Assembly (NCBI GenBank): GCA_963844255.1
Contig: CAWJNP010000035.1
Coordinates: 137-64,136 of the forward strand
Direction of reading: 5' to 3'
Source of the DNA: an uncultured beta proteobacterium
GTDB taxonomy: Bacteria > Pseudomonadota > Gammaproteobacteria > Burkholderiales > SG8-39
DNA length: 64,000 nucleotides
Both the position numbers and the translations under genes were made by a program. The notes under the pieces were generated by a model. The model ran no database searches, had not been told where the DNA came from, and was given only the letters and a program-made list of their open reading frames with translations. This document shows positions 60,160 to 64,000 of the stretch, piece by piece. Within the stretch, counting starts at the first letter, position 1, and the number at the start of each line of letters is the position of its first letter.

Positions 60160-61255
60160 ATGTCAGTATTCAACGACCGCCTGCCTGACCGGCCGGGCAG
60201 CCGCAACTTTTCCCAGTTCCTTCGTCTGGCGCGTTTCCTCTCGCCCTACCGGTTGCGAATCGCCTGCGCGGTGGGCGCGCTGCTTGTCGCCGCGGCCTGC
60301 GTACTTGCGCTTGGCCAGGGCCTGCGTTACGTGATCGATGCGGGATTCGCCGCTGCGAGCCCGGCCGTACTCGACCGCGCGCTGGGAGCGACCATCGGGC
60401 TCGCGGTCGTGCTCTCGCTGTCAACGTACGCGCGTTTCTACCTCATGCTCAGCACGGGAGAGCGAGTGATTGCCGACATACGGCGCGCGGTGTTCGACCA
60501 CCTGCTGCGATTTGCTCCGGGCTATTTCGAAACCGTGCGCACCGGCGAGGTGATTTCCCGCCTCACCAACGACACGACGCTGTTGCAGGCGGTGGTCGGG
60601 TACGGGTTTTCGCTTGCGCTGCGAAACGCGCTCCTGCTTGCGGGTGCGCTCTGCATGCTGGTCTACACGAACTTCAGGCTGACGCTGATCGTGCTGGTGC
60701 TCGGGCCGCTGATCGTGCTGCCGATCGCGGTACTCGGCCGGCGCGTACGGGGCGCTTCGCGCGCAAGCCAGGACCGGGTCGCGGATGTGAGCGCCTTCAT
60801 CGACGAAGCGCTGCACGAGGTGCGCACCGTGCAGGCCTACGTGCATGAAGATGCGACCCGCCGCGCGTTTGCCGCGCACGTGGAGGCGGCCTACGCGACA
60901 GGCGTGCGCCGGATCGGCCAGTCTGCGCTGCTGGTCGGGTTGATCATGCTGATCGTATTCGGCGGTGTCGGCGTGATCCTCTGGATGGGAGGGCACGATG
61001 TTCTGGATGGGCGGCTGACCGCCGGCGATCTGTCTGCGTTCGTGTTCTACAGCGCGATCGCCGCGGGTTCCGTCGCAGCCATTTCAGAGGTTCTGTCGGA
61101 CCTGCAGCGCGCGGCCGGTGCGACCGAGCGCCTGGTGGAATTGCTCGAAACCGAGCCGGCGATCAGCGCGCCGGCCCGGCCGGCCGTGCTGCCTGAACTG
61201 GGCGCCGGTGGTGTGGCGTTCGACGCGGTGAGCTTCGCCTATCCGGCGGCGGCCG
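60160..61255 (+). pseudogene. ABC exporter (fused TMD-NBD, MsbA-like), 3'-truncated at the compositional junction
   Basis: 6-TM ABC_membrane domain, then the beginning of the NBD (…VAFDAVSFAYPA). The reading frame then decays into non-ABC sequence and GC content drops. Walker A and everything after it is missing. Confidence 0.75.
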
Positions 61256-61319
61256 GGCACGACTCTCGGCAAGCGAGTTCAGTCGTAAATTGCGGCGCCT
61301 CGGCACTGTCGTGACGTCT

Positions 61320-62206
61320 TGGCCTTTTTCTTCACATTCTTTTCGAATGTTTTTCGCAAGTGTTTCATATTCTCTCTCATACGCTTTTTTCGAAAACACA
61401 ATGAGCCATCGTTGGGTAACTCCCGCATAGGTTTCCTGCACTTCCCGATAGCTGTACCCCTCTTGATCAGATGGAGTGAGGTGTGAGGAATCAGTCTCGA
61501 GTATTCGTTCTCTTGCCTGCCTGATCGTTTCAGGTACTCGTGTCACCCATCTGATGTCTGACATTTGCGAAAGTCCTTCTTTGGTATATAGCGCACTGTC
61601 GGCGACAAAATACGGAAGTCGTTTCGCGCGAAACTGTTTCTTGTATTCTGCAATGCTTTTGTGGAAACTTTTCTTGTCGCTCTCGTTGCCACTTAAGACT
61701 TCCAGCCATACTGGTATCGTACTGCGATGCGCACACATCAATGAGAGAATAACTTGATTGAGCTCTGGATGTTGGTCTTTCGAAAACCCTTTGGTGATGG
61801 ATACGACTTCCGGATCATCTTCGTGTTTTCGTTCCCCACTTACGTCGTACTCTCCATGCAAAGAGAACGTCGTCGAATCCAGATGCACAAAACGATGTTT
61901 GATTCCCGCTGCCGACAATGCTCGACTGCTAACTGAGTAAAATACTTCGGTGATTCCGTTCTCATACAACGCATCCAGCGCAGTCCCCAGACAATCATCA
62001 TGCAAATCTGAAGCCTGAACGCCTTCTGCGATGAGCAACTCAACCGGCCGATTCTCGTAAAACTGGGGTGTCAGATACAACGCTTTATTGCTAAATCCCA
62101 GAGCATTGACGATCATCGCTTTGACCGCCGTTCCCACGCTGATCTTCCTCCCTGGTAAGTTTACAATACGATCAATATTCTCAACGATTCTTGCTTCGTC
62201 ACACAT
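61320..62206 (-). mobile_element. IS4/IS1634-superfamily DDE transposase gene fragment (C-terminus missing; reading frame runs into unrelated GC-rich DNA)
   Basis: About 295 aa of transposase-like sequence (…HLDSTTFSLHGEYD…, DDE-type). The predicted ORF tail RRRNLRLNSLAESRARPPPDRR is translation of the flanking high-GC DNA. A short upstream ORF, MSTYEAKLLQHLGS, in another frame suggests a further frameshift or truncation at the N-terminus. Confidence 0.65.
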
Positions 62207-62413
62207 GCCCGCTACGATCCCAGGTGTTGCAGGAGCTTCGCTTCATACGTACTCATGTTCCCCTCCGGGAAGAGGATATCAGGTACAATAAAGGAGTAAT
62301 ACTAGTCATATGTTAAGTAAGTTGCGGGTAAGAAAATCCTCAGAGTTGCCTATAGAGGTGCGGAAAGTGGGATTCGCGATACCGGGATAACTCACGCGCT
62401 GCTGGGAATTTAG

Positions 62414-62626
62414 ACCGAAAATGACTTGCTTGGGCACCCAGTATATGGTTCATCTTGGGAGAGCTACTGCATTGAACAAATCTGCAGTGGGCTGTCAAAT
62501 TGGACCCCATCGTACATCAAACGGAAACGAGATGACCTCATTTTGGAGAAAGGGACCCGCAAAGTCGCAATTGAGATGAGGTCAGCTCCACGGCAACTAT
62601 TGGAGCGGGTTTCTATCACGCTCTAG
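62414..62626 (+). pseudogene. C-terminal remnant of a DUF4143/AAA-ATPase family gene
   Basis: …NDLLGHPVYGSSWESY…WTPSYIKRKRDDLILEKGTRKVAIEMRSA matches the C-terminal W-x-T…E-V-D-F-V…I-E-V-K pattern of DUF4143 proteins. The frame opens just after a stop at 62411, so the 5' part is absent. Confidence 0.5.
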
Positions 62627-63165
62627 CCGATCTTGGAATAGCTGACGCACACATCGTTGCCCTGTACAAATGGATGAGCTGTATCTGATAAAACCTGGAG
62701 TGCAGGTAAGTTCGATCCAGCAACTTGTCACGCATTTGACTTCCCGAATTTCAACTGATTAGGAATTGGGGAAAAGTAGTGAACAACAATACCCTTAGAA
62801 GCAAATGATGAGCAGTTGATACCAGTATCGGCCGAAGCAGTTCTAAGAGAAATCAAGCGAATAGAGCGGTATGGTCAATTTAACATTCGCTTAAGCCTGA
62901 ACGCGTACATGGCGCAGATTGCGTCAAAGCAAACGCCTTAATTTCAAGAAATATCTGCAATGCACAATTCTGTGCCATAGCGTTCTAGGCTTGAAGCGGT
63001 TGTTAGATTGATCACTTATAGATTATTGCTATTATCCCCACCGCAATACCATCCAATCCCGTCAAAGCTATAATTATTTGAGTATAATATTTTAATGTAT
63101 TATATTTTCTATTTCTTAGTTCTTCATGGATATCACTAATCCCATTGTTGCTAATTATTTTAATA

Positions 63166-63495
63166 TTAGGATGGAAGACTCGATTCTACCCAAAAATTAC
63201 TATCAGTTCGTGCAGGCATTTTTAGATATTTTTTTTCAAGAAGCCGCCAGTAGTATTTTGTCCTTACTATTTCAATATCATACTCTATTATATCTACCTC
63301 GCTACTTCTTTCAGATTGAAGTGATTGAAATTCTTCTTCGTAATATCTGCTCTTATTTTCAAGTAAATCAAATTGTTTTTCATATTCTTTAAATACTCTT
63401 TCTTTTTTCTTTTCAAGTGGATAACGTTTAAAGAAATATGATATCTTTTCAAACATAAATAACTCCTCAAAAAATATCAATATTAATAATATCAC
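63166..63495 (-). CDS. Hypothetical Lys/Glu-rich coiled-coil-like small protein in very AT-rich DNA (uncertain; overlaps an opposite-strand ORF 63126..63392)
   Basis: ORF only; about 25% GC locally. Either strand's ORF could be spurious. Confidence 0.25.
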   Translation of the reverse strand: MILLILIFFEELFMFEKISYFFKRYPLEKKKERVFKEYEKQFDLLENKSRYYEEEFQSLQSERSSEVDIIEYDIEIVRTKYYWRLLEKKYLKMPARTDSNFWVESSLPS

Positions 63496-63645
63496 TAATT
63501 ATTTGTAATATTATTATTCAATCTAACATCTTGTTAACTTGTGAGGCTTTAGCCGAATCAAGTTGAACAATTTGTTAGATGATCCTATTCTTGAAATGCG
63601 GGTATAATATAATCTTTCATAAGTACAAAGGGTTGATTTTGCTTT

Positions 63646-64000
63646 TCACTGTTGTAGGCAGATCCTGTGAATACTCCGAGTAAATTCATCCTTAGGAATG
63701 CCAATTAAATACTGCCCCCCATTACCTCTGGATTGGAATGAGGTAACAACTCCGTTGATGACAGGCTCTTGCCACCATAAATATCCCATATAGGGTCCTG
63801 CCACTGAAGTATCAAATATTTTAGTAATCGGATTGTTTATTTGGCTTATCCATTGAGAAGATATTATCTGTCTACTTTGCCATATTCCATTTTGGAGCAC
63901 AAGCAAACCAATTTTTGCAAAATCAATAGGTTTTATTTTTAAATGGCCACCTGAATCGATTTCCCCTGCTAGCAATACGTCGTCCAAGTAAGTTAGACAG
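63646..64000 (-). CDS. Partial serine hydrolase (beta-lactamase/transpeptidase-like C-terminal region), continues beyond window end
   Basis: C-terminal 113 aa with a …GNGGQYLIGIPKDEF… pattern resembling class-C beta-lactamase-family C-termini. The N-terminus lies beyond 64000. Confidence 0.4.
   Translation of the reverse strand, partial: CLTYLDDVLLAGEIDSGGHLKIKPIDFAKIGLLVLQNGIWQSRQIISSQWISQINNPITKIFDTSVAGPYMGYLWWQEPVINGVVTSFQSRGNGGQYLIGIPKDEFTRSIHRICLQQ

Noticed and set aside
1-64000. tRNA, rRNA and CRISPR arrays
   Set aside because: No cloverleaf-like conserved tRNA features (e.g. GTTCGAATC T-loop in context), rRNA-like stretches or regularly spaced direct repeats were seen in the intergenic regions inspected.

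Overview
This is a 64-kb window of high-GC (about 67%) proteobacterial chromosome, apparently from a betaproteobacterium, with a roughly 2.7-kb tail of much lower GC (about 35-40%) after position 61315. The body is densely coded with ordinary chromosomal genes:
- an RND multidrug efflux operon (acrR-like tetR regulator divergent from MFP/RND/OMF) with an AstE/AspA-family gene coupled at its 3' end
- prc, an orphan XRE regulator, and the branched-chain amino-acid ABC transporter livKHMGF
- an M48 protease, a Tat-exported aldo/keto reductase, and a YdiJ-like 1008-aa FAD/Fe-S oxidoreductase followed by a secreted ankyrin-repeat protein
- a membrane-stress style cluster (SPFH/SHOCT, DUF4178, DUF350, membrane spermidine-synthase-like protein, Tat-exported amine oxidase)
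- radC, coaBC, dut, cytochrome c4, flavocytochrome c sulfide dehydrogenase fccAB, and clpS-clpA with a divergent cspD-like cold-shock gene
- a metal-uptake flavoured stretch (TPR + HupE/UreJ, TonB-dependent receptor, His-tailed DMT transporter, DUF192), then sodB, a SulP permease, glcDEF, a multi-PAS GGDEF diguanylate cyclase and an ABC exporter gene that is cut off at a compositional junction. Beyond the junction lie an IS-family transposase fragment, a DUF4143 ATPase remnant and a partial serine-hydrolase gene.

The most interesting locus is at 10169-11899. A gene with an in-frame TGA encoding the tetrapeptide U-G-S-C (a selenoprotein-family motif) reads on, in the same frame, through about 480 further codons of unannotated protein. 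There is a GU-containing hairpin about 18 nt downstream of the TGA. An MFS transporter follows, and an XRE regulator lies divergently upstream. The XRE promoter carries an 18-bp palindrome that recurs about 10 kb away at the window start.

At least six genes (prc, MFS, alpha/beta hydrolase, fccA, fccB and a 459-aa hypothetical) show single-base frameshifts. Several of these sit at short homopolymers, which suggests assembly indel errors rather than true pseudogenes. No rRNA, tRNA or CRISPR arrays were recognised.
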